From Gammaproteobacteria bacterium (GTDB taxonomy: Bacteria; Pseudomonadota; Gammaproteobacteria; UBA4575), in contig OZ252002.1 of NCBI GenBank assembly GCA_965247265.1, forward strand, positions 1,882,964-1,946,963: a DNA stretch of 64,000 bases, in the 5' to 3' direction. Each line of letters opens with the position of its first letter. The first letter of the stretch is position 1. This document shows, piece after piece, positions 51,991-62,235 of the stretch. The notes below the pieces were generated by a model, which had not been told where the DNA came from, searched no databases, and saw nothing but the letters and a program-made list of their open reading frames with translations. The translations under genes were made by a program, and so were the position numbers.

Positions 51991-53279
51991 TTAAAAATCT
52001 CCATCATCCCCGATATTTTTATCTGGCCCAGCTATCGCGATTAGCTCCAGTCCTTCAATTTCTTGAATGGCTTTACCTGCAATGCCCTGAAGATCACCAT
52101 ACATACCAACTGTTGATTCAATAACACCCTGAATCTGAGCTTCGCGTTTAGCCCATAAACGCATTGTTGATTTGCGTTCCTTATCCAAATCCGTTTGCAT
52201 ATCCGTAAATTTTTCAACAATGGCTTCAATGCGATGTCTGAACTTAGGCCCTGTTAAATACTGATAAACAAGTTCCATTTTTGTTTCTTGACCTTCCTGT
52301 GCTAGTCGAGTATTCGCAACTTCAATGAGCGATTGGCGAAGCGTAATTGCAAGTGGCATTGCATAGCGTGGCTGTGTAATACAGATGCCATCAATATTTC
52401 CAAATGTTTCAAGTTCTTTGGGGAGTGCATTAGACACAAGTACAGCAATCACTGCATTTGCTGCACGTCGATCCCCTCTTAGCTTTGCAAGCCAGCCATC
52501 ACTCCAGTTTTTTGTTCTTTTAGACTCCCAAAGAATCGCACCACAAACTTGGCCTGTTTGTGAAACAACTGCTTGTAACACATCACCACCAAACTCGCCT
52601 TTTGCAACCGGTTCTATGTTATCAAATGGAAACTTGGTTTTTAGATTTGTCTCAAGCTCTAATTCAAGCGCTTCGCCTTGTAGCTGTTGAGAGCCCTGCT
52701 CTGCTTTTCTTTTTAAATCTTCAATTTGCCGCTGCATGGAAGCGATTTGTTCTTCCTTTTCGGTAACCCTTAGTTTAAGGTCCTCTTCCGCTTCTAGTTT
52801 TGCTTTTTTATGAACTTCTCCAAGGGATGCCTGAATACGCTTTTCTGCGGTAAGATCAAGTTCACGTTTTGCATCGTCTAATTCTCGTTCCTTACGGAGT
52901 AGATCTGCCTGAGCCTTCTGAGCTTCTTCTAGCTTTTTGTCTCGTTGTTTAAAACTTCTTGTAATTCTTCTACTTGTTTTGTTTTATTTTGTATATCTGT
53001 TGTCGCAGCCAATTTTGCTTTCTTCGCTTCTTCCTGAGCGATAGCAGCACGCTCAGTTTTTAATTTTTCAGCAACTTGTTCATCTATAGCCTTCCGTGCA
53101 TCGGCAACTGCTCTTTGTTGAGCACGCAATTCTGCTTCGCGTTTTGAGATATCAGATTCTTTTTCAGCAATCTTCTTTTCGTATTCTGTACGAACAGATT
53201 GAATAAGTGGTGCAGCAAGTGATTCTGTTAGTTTGATCTCTGTTTTACAGCTAGGGCAGACGATTGTTGGTTCTGTCAT
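51991..53279 (-). pseudogene. DUF2130-family protein, frameshifted
   Basis: ORF 52929-53279 encodes an N-terminal zinc-ribbon CPSCKTEIKL followed by a Lys/Glu/Ala coiled coil. ORF 51991-52737 carries the conserved C-terminal domain. The 190 nt between them are in another frame. Confidence 0.5.
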
Positions 53280-53532
53280 AATTGAGCCTTGCTACTAAAT
53301 AATTGTCGATGTTAAATCCCACATATAGGTTATCAATTTTCGTTTAACTTGCCGTAGATATAATGGTCCACTTTTGTCCTGATAGCCGCCGGCTTACGAT
53401 CAGGGGCGTAAAAATCCATCCTTCCGATTTCCTTTTATTCGGAATTGAAATCCGTAGCTGTATCGCACGCGTCATCTATTCAGATCTTTACATACTATCC
53501 ATTTCGGCACTTATAATTATATTCAGGTACTA

Positions 53533-54561
53533 TTAGACTCCTTCAGTCTCAGATAACAGCCCGCATTTACCATAGGCCTGCAATAAGCGGAACGTGTCAT
53601 AACCGTTTATCAGACAGAACAATCGTGGATGGCCTATCTGCTGTGCATAGGCGCGCATCATTCCACGCACCGGCGGCGTGATCTCATGGCAATGCTGCAA
53701 GACTAGAAGATCGGCAGGTTCGGCGAATAGTCGGTCTATCTGATTTCCATTTTTTCCAAGATCAGCAACTGTCATTGGATGGAACTTGGCAGGCCCTTTG
53801 AGCAAAAAGGCTACCGAAATACGTTTCCCATCAATCATTACACGGCTTGTAAACAGATCGGATTTTTCACCACCCCAGTCTTTCGGCACAGTCGGTTCTC
53901 TGATGATCTCAGCGAGAGAAGCCTTGACCTCCGCCTCGGGAATATCACGCAGATACTCAAGGTCTTTCTTCTTCCGCGACGGTACCAAGTTTTGTACCAG
54001 AGAAAAGTTGTCAATGCTGTCTATATGAACTTCTAGCCGGTTGTTCCAGTGTCCGCCAACTACACTATGAGGCCGAAAAAGATCTGGAATAGGATTGGCG
54101 ATCACCCAAGGTATAGCCTCGATTACAATATCAGTGATCCGAGTTGCTGCTCCAAGCACGAGCAACCGCTTTTGTCCAGAAAGCTCCGCCCATGCAGAAT
54201 TAGATGTCAGATGCTCATGATGAAACCGAAAACTGATTTTTTGACCCGGTCGAAATTCATCAAGCTTTGCATAGGCTTCGGCCATTGGGACAGAGTTGTG
54301 CTCTTTTCTTAATGCTTCGCTGACATGCGATAAACCTTTACAGTAATAGTTTGTGTAGTGAGTAAACATTGTATTCGGTCGAAGATTCCCGGTGACAAGC
54401 AACTGTCCGAGCGTTGGCGGATTGGCCGCTCGTAGCCACTCGGTTAGATGGTCCTTCATGATCGAGAGAACCATACTTTGCCGCAACGCATCTGCGTTCT
54501 TCCCAAGCGCGTCGATATCTTTTAGATCGGCTGCTATATTTTGGGCACCAACCAGTTCCAT
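53533..54561 (-). CDS. hypothetical protein (342 aa, GC-rich, within a mobile region)
   Basis: Intact long ORF. No motif I can assign. Composition differs sharply from the AT-rich flanks. Confidence 0.45.
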   Translation of the reverse strand: MELVGAQNIAADLKDIDALGKNADALRQSMVLSIMKDHLTEWLRAANPPTLGQLLVTGNLRPNTMFTHYTNYYCKGLSHVSEALRKEHNSVPMAEAYAKLDEFRPGQKISFRFHHEHLTSNSAWAELSGQKRLLVLGAATRITDIVIEAIPWVIANPIPDLFRPHSVVGGHWNNRLEVHIDSIDNFSLVQNLVPSRKKKDLEYLRDIPEAEVKASLAEIIREPTVPKDWGGEKSDLFTSRVMIDGKRISVAFLLKGPAKFHPMTVADLGKNGNQIDRLFAEPADLLVLQHCHEITPPVRGMMRAYAQQIGHPRLFCLINGYDTFRLLQAYGKCGLLSETEGV

Positions 54562-54992
54562 TACTCGTCGGACATTGAGATACCAGCATGTGAGATCATA
54601 ATCTACGGGGTATTATCTTGATTATTACTATTCATGACACCCGCGGTATATACCTAAAAAATGGCTTTAGCCACCTATAAAAGGGGTATGTTTCATTATT
54701 ACACAGACCCCTTTTACGCGTATTTGTGGGCTTGTTAAACAAGCTCAAGTCTGATTGCTCGTCTTAGTACAGATGCCGGCTTTTAAAATAGTATCGAGCT
54801 GAATTTAGAATTTTCATGGTGAAGAAATAAAGACTTTTACCTGTTTTTGCCGCTTTCCGTTAAATGAAAGTCTTTGAAAATTTAGAATTCTAACTTATAT
54901 TTTTATATTGCTAATTTTGGGGCAACTATGGGGGCATTTTTCAACAGTGAAGCAAATCAATACTATGTTACTCAACAGTTTATGGCATAAGT

Positions 54993-55985
54993 TTGATTGC
55001 CGCCGCCGAACGCAAAGCGAAAAAACAACATGATGTTGAGATTTATGAAAACCAATTCGCCAGCATTGTGCACGAATGGTTTGCAAAAAAATATACCAAC
55101 TTAAATCCAAGTTATGCCAAGCGTGTATGGCGTGCATTAGAGAAAGATATTCTTCCTTACATTGGAAAATTACCGATCACCAAAATTGACGGTCCTGCAC
55201 TACGCAAATGTTTAATGAAAATTGAAGAACGTGGCGCACATGAAACCGCGCATCGCACCTTACAAATCTGTGCACGCATTTATGGCTACGCGAATGCCTG
55301 CGGCTATTGCACTCATGATCCAACTCGCGGCATGAAAACCGTCCTCACCCCTGCAAAAACGGAACACTTCCCTGCCATTACCGACCCCAAACTCTTAGGT
55401 GAGTTATTACGTGCCATGGAGAGTTACGATTCACTCCTCACCCGCTCAGCCTTATTTGTGGGCGCCTATACCTTTGTGCGTCCGGGTAATTTACGCCAAG
55501 CCGAGTGGCAGGAAATTAGCTTGGAAGACAAGGTGTGGAAGATCCCTGCAGAGAAAATGAAACTTAAAAAACCGCATATCGTCCCGCTTGCGAATCAAGT
55601 GAAACGCATTTTTGAAGAACTTCATCCTCTCACCCATAAAAGTGACTACGTGTTTCCAAGTGTGCGCGATCGACGTCGTCCCATGAGTGAAGCCACAGTC
55701 AATGCAGCATTAAGACGCATGGGTTACGGCACAGATGAAATGACCGGGCACGGTTTTCGACACATCGCCTCCACATTATTAAATGAACAAGGCGTTTGGA
55801 ATGCCGATGCAATTGAGCGCCAACTTGCACATACCGATCGCAGTAAAATCAGAGCAACCTACGATCACTCGAACCACTTACCGGAGCGACGCAAAATAAT
55901 GCAAGCCTGGGCGGATTATCTTGATGGCTTGCGTACCGGGAACAATGTCGTGTCGTTCAATGAACTGAAAATGGCCAGTTCATAA
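54993..55985 (+). pseudogene. P4-type tyrosine integrase lacking its N-terminal ~100 aa
   Basis: The sequence begins inside the family at ...AAERKAKKQHD...FASIVHEWFAKK...LPITKIDGPALRK. The catalytic C-terminus HGFRHIASTLLNEQG...ERQLAHTD...Y is present. There is no ATG and no DUF4102-like arm-binding domain upstream; the frame opens just after a TGA. Confidence 0.7.
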
Positions 55986-55995
55986 AACAAGTACG

Positions 55996-56493
55996 TTGGC
56001 TGTGAGTCTTACGGAAGAGTTAGTCTGCATGAAAGTGGAAGAAGCAGCCTCTGGAAACGCAGAATCTGCACGATGGTGTATACAAGAATTTTGTAATTCA
56101 ATAAAAGCTGACGTCAATCCAGATTATTTATCCAATATGGATTCTTATAGTGCCCTTTCGGACCTTAAAGTTGACCCACAAATTCTTATTTATTTACACG
56201 CCTGCTTTGAATTACTGCTTGAAGATGATGAATTGGATGCAGCTTTAGTACTCGGTTTGAAACAAGGGTTATCAACAAATCCTGATAACGATCTGAATGT
56301 ACAGGATATTGGATTTTGTCAATCCATCATGGTCAAAGTGGCGCAAGAAGTACCGATCGAAAAAGCCTTAATGCTCACAGCGAAAGAATTTCATGTCAGT
56401 CAAAGCATACTAAAAGCAATTTGGCGCAATGCTAACAATAGGTTAACGACTGAAATGATGGCGGAATTTGAAAAACGTCTAGAGATTAGATAA
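55996..56493 (+). CDS. hypothetical protein
   Basis: 165 aa, acidic. No recognisable domain. Confidence 0.35.
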   Translation: MAVSLTEELVCMKVEEAASGNAESARWCIQEFCNSIKADVNPDYLSNMDSYSALSDLKVDPQILIYLHACFELLLEDDELDAALVLGLKQGLSTNPDNDLNVQDIGFCQSIMVKVAQEVPIEKALMLTAKEFHVSQSILKAIWRNANNRLTTEMMAEFEKRLEIR

Positions 56494-56584
56494 CTCTTTA
56501 ACAAATCCTCTTAACAGCATGTTTTAAATGAACTTCTACTTTACTACCATATGAGCATCTTGTTATTAATTCAAAGGTATTCAT

Positions 56585-56821
56585 ATGAAAAACCTACCCG
56601 ACACGGGATTTCTGAGAATCCAACAAATTATTGGTAATCCTAAAGCAACCCCGCCGATACTCGCTATTATTCCAATCGGTAAATCAACGTGGTGGCAAGG
56701 TGTAAAAACGGGCCGATTCCCTAAACCAATTAAGTTATTTGAACGTATTACGGTATGGCGCGCAGATGATATTCGCACCCTTCTTGAATCTTATGAGATA
56801 TTCTCGGATGCTGAATCATGA
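56585..56821 (+). CDS. AlpA-family phage-type transcriptional regulator
   Basis: FLRIQQIIGNPKATPPILAIIPIGKSTWWQGVKTGRFPKPIKLFERITVWRADDI is the AlpA HTH pattern. Confidence 0.7.
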   Translation: MKNLPDTGFLRIQQIIGNPKATPPILAIIPIGKSTWWQGVKTGRFPKPIKLFERITVWRADDIRTLLESYEIFSDAES

Positions 56822-57285
56822 GCAAACTAACCGATAAACAAAACGTATTTATTCAAGAATACTTGCTAGATCTAAATGCAACACAAGCTGCAATCCGTGC
56901 AGGATATAGTGTTAAAGCTGCTTCAGAAATTGGCTATGAGAACCTGAGAAAACCTCAGATTCAAAACAAACTTGAGGATCTAATAAATGAGAGAGCAAAT
57001 CGATTAGAAATTGATTCAGATTGGGTAGTTAAAGAACTAAGGGGTCTATACGAATTATGTAGAGTGCACAGAGAGTATTCTACTGCTCTTAAAGCCTTAG
57101 AATAGATGGGTAAACACCTTGGTATGTTTAGTGAAAAAGCAAATCCATCGAACAATGTGCAGTATATTTTATCAGACAGGCCAATGACTGAAGAGGAGTG
57201 GGAAGAAAATACTATAAGGATCCAGAATCTTCAAATAATCATTAGCGTAAATAGATATTTAGACATTTCTAATTGCACGAAATGA
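56818..57285 (+). pseudogene. Phage terminase small subunit (P27/Terminase_2 type) with an in-frame TAG
   Basis: The N-terminal FIQEYLLDLNATQAAIRAGYSVKAASEIGYENLRKPQI is the family hallmark. The frame reads ...KALE-TAG-MGKHLGMFSEK..., continuing the family sequence after the stop. Confidence 0.6.
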
Positions 57286-57310
57286 ATTATGTTTCCACTA
57301 GCAAAAAGTT

Positions 57311-58705
57311 TTAGGATGTTAAGTATGCTTGATATATCTCCGACGACTTCAGAATATAGCTTCGCCCTTCAACTACAAACCCATCCAACTTATGTTCTAT
57401 GGCAAATGATGAAAGATCATCTATTTTGTTTATAAATCCTTTACCATTGAAGTTCAGTGAAGTGTTGCATAAGACTCCGTAACCAGTACGTTTCTTGAAT
57501 GCTATTAACAAGTTGTACAAGTTTAGATTTGTCGCAGACGACACTGTCTGAATTCGAGCAGTTTTATTCACATGAGTAACTGCCGCTAGCGCATCCATCG
57601 TTACATTATAAGTATAAAGCATATGCGGACTCTCGTGGTTACAACCAAACCAACGTGCACCATCTTCTTCTAAACATACAGGAGCGATAAGGCGAAATTG
57701 CTCGCGCTGTTTGATCTCATTCAACCGCGTTTTAGTGCTTTCTCGGAATGGCGCAGCAAGAATTGAACGGTTACCTAAAGCGCGCGGCCCGATTTCATAT
57801 TTACCATTGACCCACCCAAGAATAAGGTCTTTTGCCAACATGTCGGCAATCATCTTGTCATCAGCTTCGTATAGGTCATACAGTTTCTCATTGAAAGACT
57901 CGGTTGTGTCGAATTACAGGCCTGAATAGACATTCCAATCGATTTCTGGATTACCTGTATAGTGAAACTGAGCATCAATGGCTGTCCCAATTGCAGAACC
58001 TGAATCGTTAGCAACGGGTGGCACGAAGACCTCTGGAAAAAGGCCCGATTCCTTCCATTTAGTGTTCCAGTCACAATTCAGACCACATCCACCAGCGATG
58101 ATCAGAGGAATTCTCTTATTCATGTTCGCTTTAGCGAATTGATAAAAAATATCAAAAATTTTGTCACTAAAAATACCTGCAAAATTCCGAAATTCTGGAT
58201 CATCTATCCCTACGTTGTAGTATCGCGAATGCTCAAGATCTTTGTACAAACTTAGTCGAATATGTGATGAACCCAATAGAAAGTCGATCAACTCAATCTC
58301 TTCTGAAGAAGGTGTGCTCCGATTCGAGAAAGAAGCTAAAGCCATAAGTTTCCCAGCATCTGAAAAGCGAGAAAAGGGTGCATTCTTTGGGAAGGTTGGA
58401 TCGGCCAAGCCGTAAATCGAGGTATAGCGATTACCAGGCTCATTCAGAACATTGGCAAGCAGTGTTATTTTCAGACTAGAATCAATTTCGTAGAAAGCTC
58501 CGATCGCACCTTCCCAAATTAACGCATAACAAGGATCACCTTTCGGTAGATTTGACATACCGAAAGCACAGAGTAAATGCGACCGCTCGTGAGATGACGA
58601 AAAATAGTGGACTGGCTTTCCTAAAAAGTGCCGTTTGTCTTGTATGATGTCATCCATAGTCAAGCCACGATAACCGACATAAGGTTGTGGCCCGAACAAC
58701 CTCAC
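57311..58705 (-). pseudogene. NodU/CmcH-family carbamoyltransferase, N-terminally truncated and with an in-frame TAA
   Basis: The body matches carbamoyltransferases (SHERSHLLCAFGMS = HxxxHxxxAF region, C-terminal domain). The ORF opens with a GTG and lacks about 70 N-terminal residues. A TAA at 57914-57916 is followed in frame by FDTTESFNEKLYDLYEADDKMIADM... Confidence 0.6.
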
Positions 58706-58714
58706 TCTGCATTT

Positions 58715-58735
58715 AAGTATGTCCGCTTTAGGTCG
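58715..58735 (-). promoter_or_regulatory. Conserved upstream motif copy 1 (minus-strand reading AAAGCGGACATACTTAAAT)
   Basis: About 10-20 nt upstream of the carbamoyltransferase ORF start. Shares AAAGCGGACAT..TTAA with copies 2 and 3. Confidence 0.5.
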
Positions 58736-58765
58736 TTAACGGTCATTAATAAATTGAGGCTATAT

Positions 58766-59170
58766 TTAGACTTGTGAGCGCAGTTCAACGGTGTTGCCTT
58801 CTGGATCTTTAATATAAACTGATCTGCCTGTACCTTGAGCACCATATCGATCAGAAAATTCACCAACGTCAATGCTGTGAGATTTGAGGTAGTTTCTTAT
58901 TTCTTCTTCACTGATCATCTTCAATTACAAACAAAAATGATCCATATTATTTTCTGTTTTACTGGGTGGCCCACCACCTAATTTTCCTATTTTACTTTCT
59001 ACTCTAACAAAATCTATTAAAGCATTCCCAGCTCTTAATTGTGTTATACCAAATTCTGGCGAAGATTCTCGCTCAACTTTACAACCTAAAACTCCGGTAT
59101 AGAAATCGAGCATTTCATTTATTTTTGAAGCTCGTAAAACTACATGATCAATTCCAACTATCTCAAACAT
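58766..59170 (-). pseudogene. VOC (glyoxalase/bleomycin-resistance) family protein with an in-frame TAA
   Basis: MFEIVGIDHVVLRASKINEMLDFYTGVLGC...HFCL, then TAA, then LKMISEEEIRNYLKSHSIDVGEFSDRYGAQGTGRSVYIKDPEGNTVELRSQV in the same frame. Confidence 0.6.
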
Positions 59171-59193
59171 AATTAGCTACTCCAACTTTAATT

Positions 59194-59221
59194 AAATGTC
59201 CGTCCGCTTTGGTTCGAAAGC
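59194..59221 (-). promoter_or_regulatory. Conserved upstream motif copy 2 (AAAGCGGACGGACATTTAATTAAA), with the small palindrome gctttggttcgaaagc
   Basis: About 35 nt upstream of the VOC start codon and just downstream of the DUF427 stop. Confidence 0.5.
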
Positions 59222-59246
59222 AGTCAAAGAATGTATACAATTATCT

Positions 59247-59528
59247 CTATTCAATAACTTCAACCCCACGCCAGAAAGCAACATATCCTTCAATATTCTT
59301 CACTTTATCTTTTGCGTCTGGATAACACCATGCAGAATCTTCGTTTTTCTCTCCGCGGACATTAATTGTGTAGTAGCTCGCTTGTCCTTTCCAGTAACAC
59401 GTAGTTTGTTTACTGCTTTTTTCTAAATACTCATAATTAACCGAGTCAGACGGAAAGTAGTAGAAAGTATCGACAATAATCGTTTCATCACTCTCTGCAA
59501 TAACTTCATTATTCCAAATTGCTTTCAT
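59247..59528 (-). CDS. DUF427 family protein
   Basis: 93 aa. ...FYYFPSDSVNYEYLEKSSKQTTCYWKGQASYY... matches the DUF427 pattern. Confidence 0.7.
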   Translation of the reverse strand: MKAIWNNEVIAESDETIIVDTFYYFPSDSVNYEYLEKSSKQTTCYWKGQASYYTINVRGEKNEDSAWCYPDAKDKVKNIEGYVAFWRGVEVIE

Positions 59529-59545
59529 AATTCATTTCTATATTA

Positions 59546-59566
59546 AATATGTCCGCTTTCGGCCAA
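59546..59566 (-). promoter_or_regulatory. Conserved upstream motif copy 3 (AAAGCGGACATATTTAATATA)
   Basis: About 20 nt upstream of the DUF427 start codon. Confidence 0.5.
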
Positions 59567-59607
59567 TAGAGACTATTCAACTTAATATTGTTGTTATATC
59601 ATAACAT

Positions 59608-59940
59608 TTGTATATGAAGCTTTATAAGTCACAAAAACTAATCATAGCCTACTTTGTGCTTGCGTTAGTTAGCACTCAATTCGTGTTGGCTCAGCATAGC
59701 GCAACCCATCTTGATTCTGATAGTCACTCTCAACAAGATAACGAGGATAGTAAAGGTGCCATTTGTCAAATTTGTGTTACTTCAAAAAATCTAGGTCAAG
59801 AATTTCTAGTTCAGTCACATTTATCATTTTCTGCATCTAAATCAAAACAACTTTCATCAAGCGTATTAAAGTACACTCCTCGATCAACTTGTAATAAGCC
59901 TTTTCGATCACAAGCGCCCCTACTCTTTTCTCTTAAATAA
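59608..59940 (+). CDS. hypothetical secreted protein
   Basis: 110 aa. Signal peptide, His/Asp/Ser-rich stretch, CQIC pair. Confidence 0.35.
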   Translation: MYMKLYKSQKLIIAYFVLALVSTQFVLAQHSATHLDSDSHSQQDNEDSKGAICQICVTSKNLGQEFLVQSHLSFSASKSKQLSSSVLKYTPRSTCNKPFRSQAPLLFSLK

Positions 59941-59971
59941 ACATTTTAATTAATTTTAAAGGGGGAAGATT

Positions 59972-61327
59972 ATGTCCAGATTATATTGCTGGGCGACTGT
60001 TTTTGCAGCAGTTGCCTTAATTACCTGTAGTCAAAATGTATTTTCAGCTGAAAATACAGATTTGATAAGTTTAAAAAATGAAATAGCTGAAATGCGAAAG
60101 CTCTATGAGCAAAAAACAATGCTCTTAGAACAGAAAGTATCGTCATTGCAGTCACAACAAGAGGAACTTAAAAAGCAAGAACCCGCTACTCAAGTAGCGC
60201 GAACTCCTGCGACTAGCCAACGTAGTATTGGCTCAAATGATTTCAATCCATCGATTAGCGCAATTCTGCAAGGGAAATATAATAGCTTTTCTAAACGAAA
60301 TTCTGAATTTTCAGGCTTTGCAGTGGGCGAAGAAGGTGAACGGTCATCAAAAGGATTTACGCTCGATGAGACCGAGATTAATCTTGCTGCAAGCATCGAT
60401 GACAAGTTCCGAGGAAGCTCAACTATTGCATTGGTGCAAGAAGATGGTACACAAGTAGAACTTGAAGAAGCATATATCGAAACCATTGGCCTGCCCTTTG
60501 GTGTTAGCGCAAAAGCGGGAAGATTTTTTGCATCCATTGGATACTTAAATGAATACCATAGCCATGCAGATGACTTCACGGATCGTCCATTACCGTATCG
60601 GGTATTTCTAAACAAACAATATAACGATGATGGAATTCAAGCCTCATGGATTGCACCTACAGATTTATACACTGAGCTAGGTTTTGGATTATTCCGCGGC
60701 GGTGATTTCCCCGGTGGTGGAGAAGGTGATTCTAATGTCGGTGCGTGGACTGCTTTTGGTCGCATTGGTGGTGATATAGGTGACAACTCTGCCTGGCGAT
60801 TGGGCTTATCAACATTACAAGTTGATGACTTAGAACGATCCAGCAATGAAGATGAATTAGATTTTGTCGGCGATAACAAAATGTATATCGTTGATGGTCG
60901 TTATATTTGGGCGCCCACGGGAAACAATCGTGAGAAGGAACTAATTCTGCAAGCAGAGTATATGCGTCGCGATGAAGATGGAATCTACGATGATTTAGCT
61001 GCGGGTTCTGGCCCTGTTTCGTATGATGAAGATCAATCTGGTTGGTATGCGCAAGGTATTTATAAGTTTCACCCACAATGGCGGTTAGGTGCACGCTACA
61101 GTCAACTTAACCCTGGCGATGTACCCACCGCATTAGTTGGAACAGCTTTGGATGATCAAAATCATGATCCGGAAAGTCTATCCTTGATGGCGGATTGGAC
61201 GAATAGCGAATTTGGTCGTTTGCGCTTGCAATACAACATGGAAGAGCTTGCAGATGACAATCGTGACCATCAAATCACTCTTCAATACATTATGAGCATG
61301 GGTGCACATGCCGCACATCCATTTTGA
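59972..61327 (+). CDS. Putative outer-membrane beta-barrel protein (N-terminal coiled coil, C-terminal Phe), possibly a metal-uptake porin
   Basis: 451 aa. Signal peptide, coiled-coil segment, alternating amphipathic beta-strand pattern, terminal ...HAAHPF. Immediately upstream of a znuA-like gene. Confidence 0.5.
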   Translation: MSRLYCWATVFAAVALITCSQNVFSAENTDLISLKNEIAEMRKLYEQKTMLLEQKVSSLQSQQEELKKQEPATQVARTPATSQRSIGSNDFNPSISAILQGKYNSFSKRNSEFSGFAVGEEGERSSKGFTLDETEINLAASIDDKFRGSSTIALVQEDGTQVELEEAYIETIGLPFGVSAKAGRFFASIGYLNEYHSHADDFTDRPLPYRVFLNKQYNDDGIQASWIAPTDLYTELGFGLFRGGDFPGGGEGDSNVGAWTAFGRIGGDIGDNSAWRLGLSTLQVDDLERSSNEDELDFVGDNKMYIVDGRYIWAPTGNNREKELILQAEYMRRDEDGIYDDLAAGSGPVSYDEDQSGWYAQGIYKFHPQWRLGARYSQLNPGDVPTALVGTALDDQNHDPESLSLMADWTNSEFGRLRLQYNMEELADDNRDHQITLQYIMSMGAHAAHPF

Positions 61328-61335
61328 GGTGAAGA

Positions 61336-62235
61336 ATGAATAAATATGTATTTTTTCTATTAATACTTTCATTTTTCCCAACGGCTTCTATAGCTAAATT
61401 AGACATTTTTGCGTGCGCTCCAGAATGGGGCGCACTTGCAAAAGAAATTGGTGGTGAAGAAGTTAAAGTATTTACTGCATCCAAGGCCTCGCAAGATATT
61501 CATCATCTTCGCGCAAAACCTAGTTTTTTAGCCAAAATGCGAAAAACAGGGCTTGTGTTTTGCACCGGCGCATCACTTGAGTCAGGATGGCTTCCTGTTC
61601 TTTTGCAAAAAGCCGGAAGCTCTAAAGTACAGGCAGGACAAGTGGGTCATTTACTTGCGAGTGAATACGTAGAAAGACTTGAACAAACCGAATCAGTAGA
61701 TCGCTCTATGGGTGATGTACATGGTGAAGGCAACCCTCATGTTCACTTAAATCCAAATAACTTAATCTTAATAGCAGATGAACTAGCGGAACGATTATCG
61801 ATACTTTCTCCTGATAAAGAGATGTATTTTTATAATAGGCTAGAAAACTTTAAGAAAAACTGGCAGCAATATATCGAGAATTGGAAACAAAAAGCTCAAT
61901 CTATAACTAATAAAAATGTAGTGGTATATCATCAAAATTGGATTTATTTACTGAATTGGTTAAATATAAATCGAGTTACCACGCTTGAACCTGTACCTGG
62001 CATTCCTCCACGTATTTCTCATTTAGAAAATGTTCTTGCATCCGTTAAAAACAAAGACATTACTGCAATATTGTTAACGCCCTATCAACAAAACAAAGCG
62101 GCTGCTTGGCTCTCTGAACATGCAAACATACCTGTGGTTACTCTTCCCTATACTGTTGGTGGGAGTAAAAATGCTACAGATTTGAAATCCTTATTTGATG
62201 AAACTCTGCATCTATTGCTTGAAGCGAGCGCGTGA
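61336..62235 (+). CDS. Metal (Zn/Mn) ABC transporter periplasmic binding protein, ZnuA/TroA-like
   Basis: 299 aa. Signal peptide. Conserved metal-site region GNPHVHLNP (compare DPHxWLxP). Confidence 0.75.
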   Translation: MNKYVFFLLILSFFPTASIAKLDIFACAPEWGALAKEIGGEEVKVFTASKASQDIHHLRAKPSFLAKMRKTGLVFCTGASLESGWLPVLLQKAGSSKVQAGQVGHLLASEYVERLEQTESVDRSMGDVHGEGNPHVHLNPNNLILIADELAERLSILSPDKEMYFYNRLENFKKNWQQYIENWKQKAQSITNKNVVVYHQNWIYLLNWLNINRVTTLEPVPGIPPRISHLENVLASVKNKDITAILLTPYQQNKAAAWLSEHANIPVVTLPYTVGGSKNATDLKSLFDETLHLLLEASA

